A DNA stretch of 30,798 nt from Candidatus Omnitrophota bacterium. Its GTDB lineage: Bacteria > Omnitrophota > Gorgyraeia > Gygaellales > Profunditerraquicolaceae. Below, piece after piece: positions 8,149 through 15,575 of the stretch. The DNA lies in assembly GCA_028714055.1 (NCBI GenBank), contig JAQTNB010000001.1, forward strand, positions 1 through 30,798. Direction: 5' to 3'. The notes under the pieces were generated by a model. The model was not told the DNA's origin. It worked only from the letters and a program-made list of their open reading frames with translations, and did not search any database. Positions within the stretch are counted from its first letter, which is position 1. Each line of letters opens with the position of its first letter. A program made the translations under genes and the position numbers.

Positions 8149-9149
8149 GTTATATGCCGGCGATTACAAACAATACCCTGCGCCTTAAGGCCGGCCAACA
8201 GGCCATTGACCAGCCCCGGATCCCTTCCCAGTTCGTGCATAAAGAGCAATCCCCGCTGCCGCAGCGCTCCTTCGGCGATCAACCGTGCCATTACCACGGG
8301 CACGGAGGCCGTGATCTTCTGCATGGAATTACGCTCTTCTCCTTTTCGGGAAAAGGCCCTTAAGTTCCATAAGGTTTCCCCCCGCTTCCTCTCTACCGCG
8401 ATCTCGGCCAGCGTGATGTTATCCGGGATTGATGATTCAAGCGTTTTTTTCGTAAACTGCACCGCCGATTTTTTCAGAAAACCGTGGCTTTTCAAAAACT
8501 GGAAGAAATCCATGAACCCCTTTGGCCTCACCACTCTGCAGGTAAAATCGCGGATACCGGCTTCCTGCATGACATTCTCAAAACCGCTTGCGCAGAAATA
8601 GCTTTCTGCCGCTATGCCGGCAAAGCGCTCCGGGGCGTAAGCCGCGAAGGGAGGGAATTTTACCTTCTTGCCGGAACACACCTGCCAGGAAGGGATACTG
8701 TGCTCAAGCACCAGGTCCTCAAAACACCAAAGAAAAGGGAAAAAAAACTTTTTTATGCATAATGAACCTGCCTTGACTTCGATTTTTTTGATGGAGGTGG
8801 CGTCTTGGAGTTCGTGCCCGAGGATAAAATTAACCGCTCCCGGAGAGAAGCCGCAGCCGGGGATGACTGTAATCCCCTGCTTTGCGATCTCGGCCTTCTT
8901 CGCCAAATAAAACGGAGGGTCTATATCGGAGATATCCAGCAGGTTCTTACGGTATTTCAAAGCGAGCGCCAGGCCCTTTCCTCCGAGCTCCCCCGGCAAG
9001 GCGCCGATCAAAAGGTCGCAGGTTGCCGCATCGCGGTCCCTGCGGGCAAAATCCGCCCCGGCTACCCAGGGACTGAGCCTAAAAAAATGCCGGAGAGCAC
9101 AGCCTATCCGGCCATCACCTAAAATCAATATCTTCGATTTTTTGTTCAT
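8145..9149 (-). CDS. Saccharopine dehydrogenase / lysine 6-dehydrogenase-like NAD(P)-binding oxidoreductase (divergent)
   Basis: Rossmann ILGDGRIG; LDIS and IPGCGFSPG motifs; C-terminal SMQKITASVPVVMARLI helix typical of the family. Confidence 0.8.
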   Translation of the reverse strand: MNKKSKILILGDGRIGCALRHFFRLSPWVAGADFARRDRDAATCDLLIGALPGELGGKGLALALKYRKNLLDISDIDPPFYLAKKAEIAKQGITVIPGCGFSPGAVNFILGHELQDATSIKKIEVKAGSLCIKKFFFPFLWCFEDLVLEHSIPSWQVCSGKKVKFPPFAAYAPERFAGIAAESYFCASGFENVMQEAGIRDFTCRVVRPKGFMDFFQFLKSHGFLKKSAVQFTKKTLESSIPDNITLAEIAVERKRGETLWNLRAFSRKGEERNSMQKITASVPVVMARLIAEGALRQRGLLFMHELGRDPGLVNGLLAGLKAQGIVCNRRHIT

Positions 9150-9152
9150 CCC

Positions 9153-10040
9153 TTATAACTGCCACATCCTGGGCATAACCATGCTGGCAAGATGCATGGG
9201 AGGGGTGTAATATTTCAAGGAAGAAGCCTTTGTCCCAAGCCGCTCTTTAAGGCGCTTGGCGATGACGGAAGGGGGGATCGAGGCGGGGTCTATTTTCTTG
9301 GAGGCGATCATAAAACAGTACTCGCAGCCGCAGCTGTAGGAAGGCATGGGGAGCCGTACCGGATGGACATAACGGCAATAGGGCGTTAGCTTACGCGCGG
9401 TAGGTTTCACGATCAGGTCGAAATCAAGGAAAGGCCCTAACTGGAATATCGCGATCCCGTCGGAGGTAAGCGCTTCAAAGACCGTCTTATAGAAATCCCC
9501 CTGGAAAAGGACCTTCCCGGGGCCTACGGGGTCCGTGGAATCGACCACGATCACGTCAAAAAAGTCCTTATACCTCTTGATGAACTTCCTGCCATCCTCA
9601 AAGGAGATCGAGAACCTCTTGTCCGAAAACGCTCCCCGGGACACAAACGGCAGGTGTTTTTTCGCCAGGGCGACCACTTTCCGGTCGATCTCAACCTGAT
9701 AAAGCTCTGCTAAAGGGTGTTTGACCGCCTCCCGCAATACCCCTCCATCGCCGCCCCCGACTACCAATAATCGTTTTGGCGAAGGATGCGAAAGCAGCGG
9801 CACGTGCGCGATAGTCTCATGATAGATAAATTCGTCGCTCTGGGAAAATTGGATAATGCCGTCGAGTACCAGTATCCTGCCAAAACCGGGGCTCTCAAAA
9901 ATGTAGATATCCTGGAAATCGCTCTTGCCCTTGAATATTTCCTTGCCGATAAGAAAGGCGTCTTTCTTGCAGCGCCTTACTCCGGGAAAAGACGTTTCGA
10001 TGAACCAGGGGCGATTATGGTACGGCGGGATCGACTTCAC
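9153..10040 (-). CDS. speE: Polyamine aminopropyltransferase (spermidine synthase family)
   Basis: LVLDG..Q...DEFIYHE, VVGGGDGG, VEID, EDG and DSTDP motifs. Confidence 0.95.
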   Translation of the reverse strand: MKSIPPYHNRPWFIETSFPGVRRCKKDAFLIGKEIFKGKSDFQDIYIFESPGFGRILVLDGIIQFSQSDEFIYHETIAHVPLLSHPSPKRLLVVGGGDGGVLREAVKHPLAELYQVEIDRKVVALAKKHLPFVSRGAFSDKRFSISFEDGRKFIKRYKDFFDVIVVDSTDPVGPGKVLFQGDFYKTVFEALTSDGIAIFQLGPFLDFDLIVKPTARKLTPYCRYVHPVRLPMPSYSCGCEYCFMIASKKIDPASIPPSVIAKRLKERLGTKASSLKYYTPPMHLASMVMPRMWQL

Positions 10041-10447
10041 GCGTTGCCTCTTTTGATCTCTCGGACTTTCACTTCGCGGGGGGCAAACTTTTCTTTCAGG
10101 TACTCCAGGGCGTTGTGAGGTTTTGTTTTTTTGCCGCAGGTGAAGATATCGATGGAGATATAATCGTGCTCCGGCCAGGTGTGGATGGAGATATGCGATT
10201 CGGCGAGCAATATAACGCCGGTAACGCCCTGCACCGGAAATTTATAGATAGCGGTCTTAAGCGGAGTATTATGGGCAGCCTTGGCTGCCTCAAAAAGGAC
10301 CTTTTCGATCTCGTCGGGATCTTCGATAAAATTACGGGGCGCGACGAAATCAACGATCAAGTGGACCGCCGAAACGGCTTCGTCCTCTTTGAACGGCATT
10401 TCTTTAAGCTCGACGGTCTCCAGGCGCTCTTTCAATACGTTCCTCAT
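10037..10447 (-). CDS. speD: Pyruvoyl-dependent S-adenosylmethionine decarboxylase proenzyme
   Basis: Self-cleavage motif AESHISIHTWPE and DIFTCG. The stop overlaps the speE start. An alternative TTG start 4 codons in has a GAGG RBS. Confidence 0.93.
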   Translation of the reverse strand: MRNVLKERLETVELKEMPFKEDEAVSAVHLIVDFVAPRNFIEDPDEIEKVLFEAAKAAHNTPLKTAIYKFPVQGVTGVILLAESHISIHTWPEHDYISIDIFTCGKKTKPHNALEYLKEKFAPREVKVREIKRGNA

Positions 10448-10456
10448 AATACTCTT

Positions 10457-10484
10457 ATTCTAATTACAATTTGTAAAAAAGCAA
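10457..10484 (-). promoter_or_regulatory. Putative promoter of the speD operon
   Basis: TTGCTT-N16-TAGAAT with an A-rich upstream tract; the -10 is only 9 nt from the first ATG. Confidence 0.6.
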
Positions 10485-10512
10485 ATTTTTTTTGAATTTT
10501 TTTGTATTTTCA

Positions 10513-10610
10513 GTGAAGCTCCCCGGACTTAAGTCCGGGGCTTCCTCCTGAGCAGAAAATGCATAATTCCATTCATTCCTCGGGCTAAAGCTCGGGGATT
10601 TCTGCGAAGG
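10513..10610 (-). mobile_element. 98-bp non-autonomous IS200/IS605-family derivative (PATE-like)
   Basis: Minus strand reads TTGAT target | left-end imperfect hairpin TCCCCGAGC-TTTA-GCCCGAGGA ... GAAG + perfect 20-bp palindrome CCCCGGACTTAAGTCCGGGG + AGCTTCAC end. No target-site duplication and no ORF. Confidence 0.78.
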
Positions 10611-10611
10611 A

Positions 10612-11517
10612 TCAAAGCGTGTAACCGAGCTCCATGAGCACCCGCGGCTTCTCCTGCCAGTTCTTCAGCACGCTCACCCGCAGATCAAGGTAAACTTTTT
10701 TCTTAAGCATTTTCTCCAGGTCTTTCCTGGCGGCGGTGCCCGCTTCTTTTAAAAACGCGCCGTTTTTCCCGATAAGGATCGCCTTCTGCGAATCGGTATT
10801 GGCATATATGGAGGCGCTGACCCGGCACAACCGCCGTTTATCCTCTATCCCCTCTATGATGACGGCCACGCTGTGCGGCAATTCCTCCTTCAGGCTCAAA
10901 AAAAGCTTTTCCCGGATGGTGTCGGCAATCCTGAACTTCAGGGGAAAATCGGTTACCGTTTGAGGCTCATAAAACGGCGGGTGTTCCGGCATCAACCCTA
11001 TCACGGCCTCGCGGAGCCTGGAGATGTTCTTTCCCGTCTCCGCTGAAACAGGCATATAGTAACGCACCGGGTCTTTGGCCGCGGGGAAGCCGGCGAGCTG
11101 CTGATTCCAGGCATCCGTATATTCCGAAAGGCACTTGGTCCCGCGATCGATTTTGTTAAACGCCATGATCACCGGTATCCGGGAAGCCAAAACCAGGTGC
11201 ATGATATCCTGTTCTTCTTTCCCGACGTGCCGCGTGACATCGGTGACGTATAAAAGCAGCTCTGCTCCGTCAATGGCACTCAATGTCACCTCGTTCAAAC
11301 GCGCGGCCAGCTCTTCTTTGAGCGCGTGCATCCCGGGAGTGTCGACGAACACGACCTGCGCGTTATGGGTATGCATAACGCCCCGGATCTTATAACGGGT
11401 GGTTTGAGGTACGGGCGAGACGATGCTTATTTTGGTATCGAGCAGGGCGTTCAGGAGGGAGGATTTCCCGACATTAGGCCTTCCGACAATACTGACAAAT
11501 CCGCTTCTAAAATTCAT
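10612..11517 (-). CDS. era: GTPase Era
   Basis: G1 GRPNVGKS, G2 PQTTR, G3 DTPG, G4 NKID; C-terminal KH domain with IGKNG. Confidence 0.97.
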   Translation of the reverse strand: MNFRSGFVSIVGRPNVGKSSLLNALLDTKISIVSPVPQTTRYKIRGVMHTHNAQVVFVDTPGMHALKEELAARLNEVTLSAIDGAELLLYVTDVTRHVGKEEQDIMHLVLASRIPVIMAFNKIDRGTKCLSEYTDAWNQQLAGFPAAKDPVRYYMPVSAETGKNISRLREAVIGLMPEHPPFYEPQTVTDFPLKFRIADTIREKLFLSLKEELPHSVAVIIEGIEDKRRLCRVSASIYANTDSQKAILIGKNGAFLKEAGTAARKDLEKMLKKKVYLDLRVSVLKNWQEKPRVLMELGYTL

Positions 11518-12151
11518 CGAGCCTCTTTGCCTGTGAAACGCTTATATCGCCCACCTGGAGCCTCCTGAGGTCAAAGACGGTCGCCAGCGTTCCCAGGCGC
11601 TTGCCGATCTCTTCCGCCACCGACCGGGCATAGGTCCCTTTCTGGCATTTCATTTCCACGGTGATCACCGGGCCGTCAGGGCCTTCTTTGGTTTCCAGAA
11701 GATCGAGATAAAAGATCTCCGACTTCCTGAGGCGCGGCTCGACCTTGATCCGCTTTCGCGCGTATTTATAGAACGGCATGCCTTTATGCTTGACTGCCGA
11801 ATACAGCGGGATGGGCATTTCAACGACCCCCTCAAGGCTTTTTAAGACGCTCCGCACTTCCTCTTCGCTGATGGACTTTACCTCTTGTTGGCCGGTCACT
11901 GCTCCGGTAATGTCGCCGGTATCGGTCTGCTTTCCCAAAAGAATATCGATAAGATACACCTTAGGGAGGTTAAAGTATTCCGCCAGCCTTTTTGTTCCGT
12001 TGCCGACCCCGATGATCAAAAGGCCCGTGGCGATAGGGTCAAGGGTCCCGGCGTGCCCCATCTTGCGGATTTTAAGCTTCTTTCTCAGCGCCCTGATGAC
12101 CGAAAAAGAGCTCATTCCTTTCGGCTTGTCGACAAACAGGATTTCCTGCAT
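11507..12151 (-). CDS. truB: tRNA pseudouridine(55) synthase, short form without the C-terminal PUA domain
   Basis: VDKPKGMSS, GHAGTLDP (catalytic Asp), PLYSAVK and CQKGTYARS. Start re-called at MQEILF (214 aa). Overlaps era by 11 nt. Confidence 0.93.
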   Translation of the reverse strand: MQEILFVDKPKGMSSFSVIRALRKKLKIRKMGHAGTLDPIATGLLIIGVGNGTKRLAEYFNLPKVYLIDILLGKQTDTGDITGAVTGQQEVKSISEEEVRSVLKSLEGVVEMPIPLYSAVKHKGMPFYKYARKRIKVEPRLRKSEIFYLDLLETKEGPDGPVITVEMKCQKGTYARSVAEEIGKRLGTLATVFDLRRLQVGDISVSQAKRLDEF

Positions 12152-12232
12152 GGGATGTTCTTTCGGATTTACGCGCCGCCGGTCTTGCGAAAAAACCTGC
12201 CGGCCCGCGTGGGTTTTTAATCTGCCAGCCCT

Positions 12233-12260
12233 ATTATACACAAGGAGCCTCGAATAGCAA
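12233..12260 (-). promoter_or_regulatory. Putative promoter of truB-era
   Basis: TTGCTA-N16-TATAAT. Confidence 0.6.
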
Positions 12261-12279
12261 AATAGATTCCTGGAAAAAA

Positions 12280-13095
12280 TCAGCGGGGCTGATGGTGGTC
12301 GCAGTGCGTATGCGGATGCGTGTGCACCGTGTCTTTATGGCGGTGGCTGTGGGTGTGGATGAGATTATTCTCCTGCAGGAAGGCCTGGTCCGCGAGGACC
12401 TGCTCTGCGGGGCCGCTTCGGATGATCCTTTTTTGGCCCCCGATTACATGCACGGCGTCAGCGATCTCTTCAATGATATGCAGATCATGGGTCGCGGTGA
12501 CGATCGTGGTGCCTTTTTCATGTTCTTTAAAAAGAATATCCACGATCTCTCGCGAGGTCTGAGGGTCAAGCCCCGCGGTCGGTTCATCCAACAGCAGCAC
12601 CTCGGGCTCGATCGCGAGCACCGAGGCAATGGCGACCTTTTTCTTCTCTCCGATACTGAGCTGGTGAGGCTGGCGTTCAAGGAGGCCCGCGATCCCGAAA
12701 ACCGCGCATAAAGACTCCAGGCGTTTATTGATCTCTGCCGGGGAGACCCCCATCTGCAGAGGGCCAAAAACGATATCTTCCCGGACCGAGGGACAGAAAA
12801 GCTGGATGTCGGGATTCTGAAAAACAAACCCGACCTTGCGGCGAAAAAGGCGCCAGAAATCGTCATCCCCGGCCATGCGTTCGCTTAACTGTTCTCCGAA
12901 TGCGTAAAGCGTCCCCCGGTCGGGAAACGACAAACCGTCAAGAAGCGATAAAAGCGTGGATTTGCCGGTGCCGTTTGCTCCGATGACGGCAACGCGGGAC
13001 CCTTTCTGCACCTGCATGGTTATTCCGCAGAGCGCAGGGAATTTTCCCAGGTAAGAGAAATAAACATCCTCTAATGCAAATACCGATTTGTCCAT
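12280..13095 (-). CDS. nikO: ECF transporter ATPase (NikO/CbiO) with His-rich C-terminal tail
   Basis: Walker A GANGTGKS, Q-loop FQNPD, LSIGEKK signature, Walker B LLLDEP, H-loop THD. Confidence 0.92.
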   Translation of the reverse strand: MDKSVFALEDVYFSYLGKFPALCGITMQVQKGSRVAVIGANGTGKSTLLSLLDGLSFPDRGTLYAFGEQLSERMAGDDDFWRLFRRKVGFVFQNPDIQLFCPSVREDIVFGPLQMGVSPAEINKRLESLCAVFGIAGLLERQPHQLSIGEKKKVAIASVLAIEPEVLLLDEPTAGLDPQTSREIVDILFKEHEKGTTIVTATHDLHIIEEIADAVHVIGGQKRIIRSGPAEQVLADQAFLQENNLIHTHSHRHKDTVHTHPHTHCDHHQPR

Positions 13096-13907
13096 AGGCC
13101 GAAAACAAAAACAGCGATAGTAACACCCAGCCAGAAAAAATCTTTGGCCCCTGCGCGGAACTCGTATAAGATCAGCGCTTCACCCGTGTAACCGCGGGAA
13201 AGCATGGCGGAAAAAATCTGGTTCTGCAGTTGATACGACCGCAGCCAAAGGCTGGCGATATTCCAGGCTACCGCCCTTTGCCCTTTCCTGACCGAAGAAA
13301 CATGCCCCACCCTGCTTTTGATTGCCGTGAAGGTGTTCTGGACCGTCTCGATAAAAAGGTAGATATAGCGATAACTCATACCGAGCGTCATGACAAAAAC
13401 CTGGGGTATTTTGAATATGCGTAATACCCTCAACAGCACGCTGTGCCTGGTGGTGAGCGACAAAAGGACCGCCAGCGAAACGGAGGTAAGGACCCGTGTA
13501 AAAAAAATCACGGCACCATGCAAACCCTGCTCAGTAATGCTTACGCCATGCCCCAACGAGATCAGCGGCTCGCCGGGCGTGAAGAAATTAAAAAGAGCCG
13601 GAATGGCAATAAAAAAAGCAAAGGCCGGTATAAAAAGCCAGGTGCGCTTAAGAAAAAACATGGTGTGTATTGAAGACGCGGCCGCCAACAAGAGGCACAA
13701 AAGGTATGCAGAGGACAAAAAGAGCGCGCTCCTGGCAAAAAGGACCGCGAGCAGAAGCACCCCGATGCCTGCGGCCCTTATGCGCGGGTCGCGCGCCTGC
13801 AAATACCCTTTTTGCAGTGCGATATCGTCGGCAAATACGGAGTTTCTCAGAAAAGAAAGAGCGCCCGTGATCGAACGCTCAATGAAGCGGGATGAGTTAT
13901 TGCGCAA
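13071..13907 (-). CDS. nikQ: ECF transporter transmembrane T component (NikQ/CbiQ)
   Basis: DPR motif, hydrophobic helices, YRYI, AIKSR and AMLSRGY. Start re-called at TTG 13907, 2 nt after the nikN stop. Confidence 0.9.
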   Translation of the reverse strand: MRNNSSRFIERSITGALSFLRNSVFADDIALQKGYLQARDPRIRAAGIGVLLLAVLFARSALFLSSAYLLCLLLAAASSIHTMFFLKRTWLFIPAFAFFIAIPALFNFFTPGEPLISLGHGVSITEQGLHGAVIFFTRVLTSVSLAVLLSLTTRHSVLLRVLRIFKIPQVFVMTLGMSYRYIYLFIETVQNTFTAIKSRVGHVSSVRKGQRAVAWNIASLWLRSYQLQNQIFSAMLSRGYTGEALILYEFRAGAKDFFWLGVTIAVFVFGLWTNRYLH

Positions 13908-13909
13908 GA

Positions 13910-14245
13910 TTATTCGCCTTTCCTGGTTAAAAATTTCCCGAGCACGTATACTGCCAAAACTACCAGCAATACCCCGACCGCAGCTGATATTATATATGCA
14001 AAACTTAAATGCCCCAAGCCCTTTTCTTCCCACCCTTTAAAGGCATAATCGGGAAGCGGGGCATTCCAGAGGCCGGATAACTTTTCCAGCCCTTGCGGTA
14101 TGTATCCTGTCAACTCCCTGAGCGTCTGCGTCCCCCATTCTCCCCAGGCATCGCCTGCTTTGAAATGTTCCGGAAAAAAAATCCCGATCGGCGAAAGCAC
14201 GCCCAAGATCAAAATACCCATCCATAGTTTATGGGTCGTCTTCAT
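13910..14245 (-). CDS. nikN: PDGLE-domain small membrane subunit of the Ni ECF transporter (NikN-like)
   Basis: Two TM segments, AWGEW and PQGLE...APLPDY motifs; ATGA overlap with nikM. Confidence 0.85.
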   Translation of the reverse strand: MKTTHKLWMGILILGVLSPIGIFFPEHFKAGDAWGEWGTQTLRELTGYIPQGLEKLSGLWNAPLPDYAFKGWEEKGLGHLSFAYIISAAVGVLLVVLAVYVLGKFLTRKGE

Positions 14246-14931
14246 CTTAGAGCCTCTTTCCCTGCCGCCAGAAGAGCGGGATCCTGTTTTTGCAGGTATT
14301 TAATCACCAGCCCCGTCACCAGCGCTTCGATCCAGCCGAATAACAAGAGGTGTTCGCCTGCCATCGCGGGGATAGCGATATGCAAGCCATAAGGGCAATA
14401 CAATGCCTGCCCGTTTGCAGTTTTATGTAAGAGCGGCTGGATACCAAACATGATCGCGGTAGATAATGCGGCGATGTTTAAAGCCAGATACCCGGCGATT
14501 CCCGCGGCGATCACCCTCCTGCCCGAGGCAATAGGCGATGATCCGCTGAGCAGCTTATAGATATAATATCCGGCGAAGACTTCTATAAAAGCCATATTAA
14601 AGCAATTCGCGCCTACGGCAGTAATGCCCCCGTCACCAAAAAGCAGTGCCTGCACCACTAACGCCACCGTAACCGCGATACAGGCAGCCCAGGGCCCTAA
14701 AAGTATGGCCACCAATACTGCGCCTACGGCATGGCCGGTAGTTCCCGCCGGTATCGGCACATTGAACATCATGATCACAAAACTGAATGCCGCGCCTATA
14801 GCAAGCAAGGGGACCTGCCTTGCCCGAAGCGTCTTTTTTACCATTCTTGAAGCAACCGCCCAAACCGGCAGCATCACGGCATACATGACGCCGCTTGTTA
14901 CCGGACCCAGATATCCATCGGGGATATGCAT
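14242..14931 (-). CDS. nikM: Nickel ECF transporter S component (NikM/CbiM family)
   Basis: Start re-called at MHIPDGYL with GGAGG RBS; GTTGHAVG and GDGGITAVGAN motifs. The MHIPDG N-terminus and adjacent nikR favour Ni over Co. Confidence 0.92.
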   Translation of the reverse strand: MHIPDGYLGPVTSGVMYAVMLPVWAVASRMVKKTLRARQVPLLAIGAAFSFVIMMFNVPIPAGTTGHAVGAVLVAILLGPWAACIAVTVALVVQALLFGDGGITAVGANCFNMAFIEVFAGYYIYKLLSGSSPIASGRRVIAAGIAGYLALNIAALSTAIMFGIQPLLHKTANGQALYCPYGLHIAIPAMAGEHLLLFGWIEALVTGLVIKYLQKQDPALLAAGKEALR

Positions 14932-15004
14932 AACATCCTCCTTTTGCTTCGGCGAATACCAACCGACCAATTATTGCTCAGAAATCAACCTGCGCCATCA
15001 TATT

Positions 15005-15041
15005 TTCATACGTTTATAAAAATCGTGCTACTGATGGGCAA
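15005..15041 (-). promoter_or_regulatory. nikM promoter with overlapping NikR-like operator
   Basis: TTGCCC-N17-TATAAA; operator GTAGCAC-N13-GTATGAA (15031-15005) straddles the -10. Confidence 0.7.
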
Positions 15042-15053
15042 AAAAAATAATAC

Positions 15054-15470
15054 TTACGTGATTTCCTTTCCGGTCGTAGACATACTCAATGTCGCGTGCT
15101 TTACCCCTTTGACAGCCTTGAGGTTTTCAGATAAACGCTGTACTTTTTGAGGAGCGCCTCGTACCGCAAGCAGCTCAAGGCAATTATTGTGGTCCAGGTG
15201 GATATGCTGAGCGGAAATGATGATAGCGCCGAAATCGTGCTGAATATCCAGCAGTTTGTTGACTAATTCCCTTTTGTGGTGGTCGTAAATAAGCGTAATG
15301 GCGCCGGCGATCTCTTTGGCATCGTGCCATTCCTCTTCCACCAGCTCCTGGCGGATCAAATCCCGGAATGCCTCCGAACGCGTCCCATAGCTTTTTGCTC
15401 CGATGAGCCTGTCAAATTTTTCCAGAAGGCCCCTATCGAGAGAGATGCCGAAACGCACGAGATTAGACAT
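15054..15470 (-). CDS. nikR: Nickel-responsive transcriptional regulator
   Basis: RHH N-terminus (RFGISL, RSEAFRDLIR) and Ni ligands YDHH and HIHLDHNNCLE. Confidence 0.97.
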   Translation of the reverse strand: MSNLVRFGISLDRGLLEKFDRLIGAKSYGTRSEAFRDLIRQELVEEEWHDAKEIAGAITLIYDHHKRELVNKLLDIQHDFGAIIISAQHIHLDHNNCLELLAVRGAPQKVQRLSENLKAVKGVKHATLSMSTTGKEIT

Positions 15471-15488
15471 ACGCCATCCTTATCATCA

Positions 15489-15533
15489 GTAATACGAATG
15501 TTATAATAGTAACACTTGTTGCTTGCTTGTCAA
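15489..15533 (-). promoter_or_regulatory. nikR promoter with overlapping NikR-like operator (autoregulation)
   Basis: TTGACA-N16-TACTAT with TGn extension; operator GTGTTAC-N13-GTATTAC (15515-15489) covers the -10. Confidence 0.78.
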
Positions 15534-15575
15534 GCGACAATCATCTGCAAAAATTTCCGCGGTGGCAGAGGGTAC

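Noticed and set aside
10037-10447. speD homologue as a neofunctionalised arginine or ornithine decarboxylase
   Set aside because: Such SpeD variants exist, but this one overlaps an intact speE, which favours ordinary AdoMetDC. It cannot be excluded without an assay.
10513-10610. Element as a TnpB omega-RNA or CRISPR-like array
   Set aside because: Only 98 bp with two dissimilar hairpins, no repeat-spacer periodicity and no nuclease gene in the window.
14932-15000. NiCo or cobalamin riboswitch in the nikM leader
   Set aside because: The leader is only about 65 nt. CTGAGCA matches the start of the NiCo motif but the four-way junction is missing, and the NikR operators already explain regulation.
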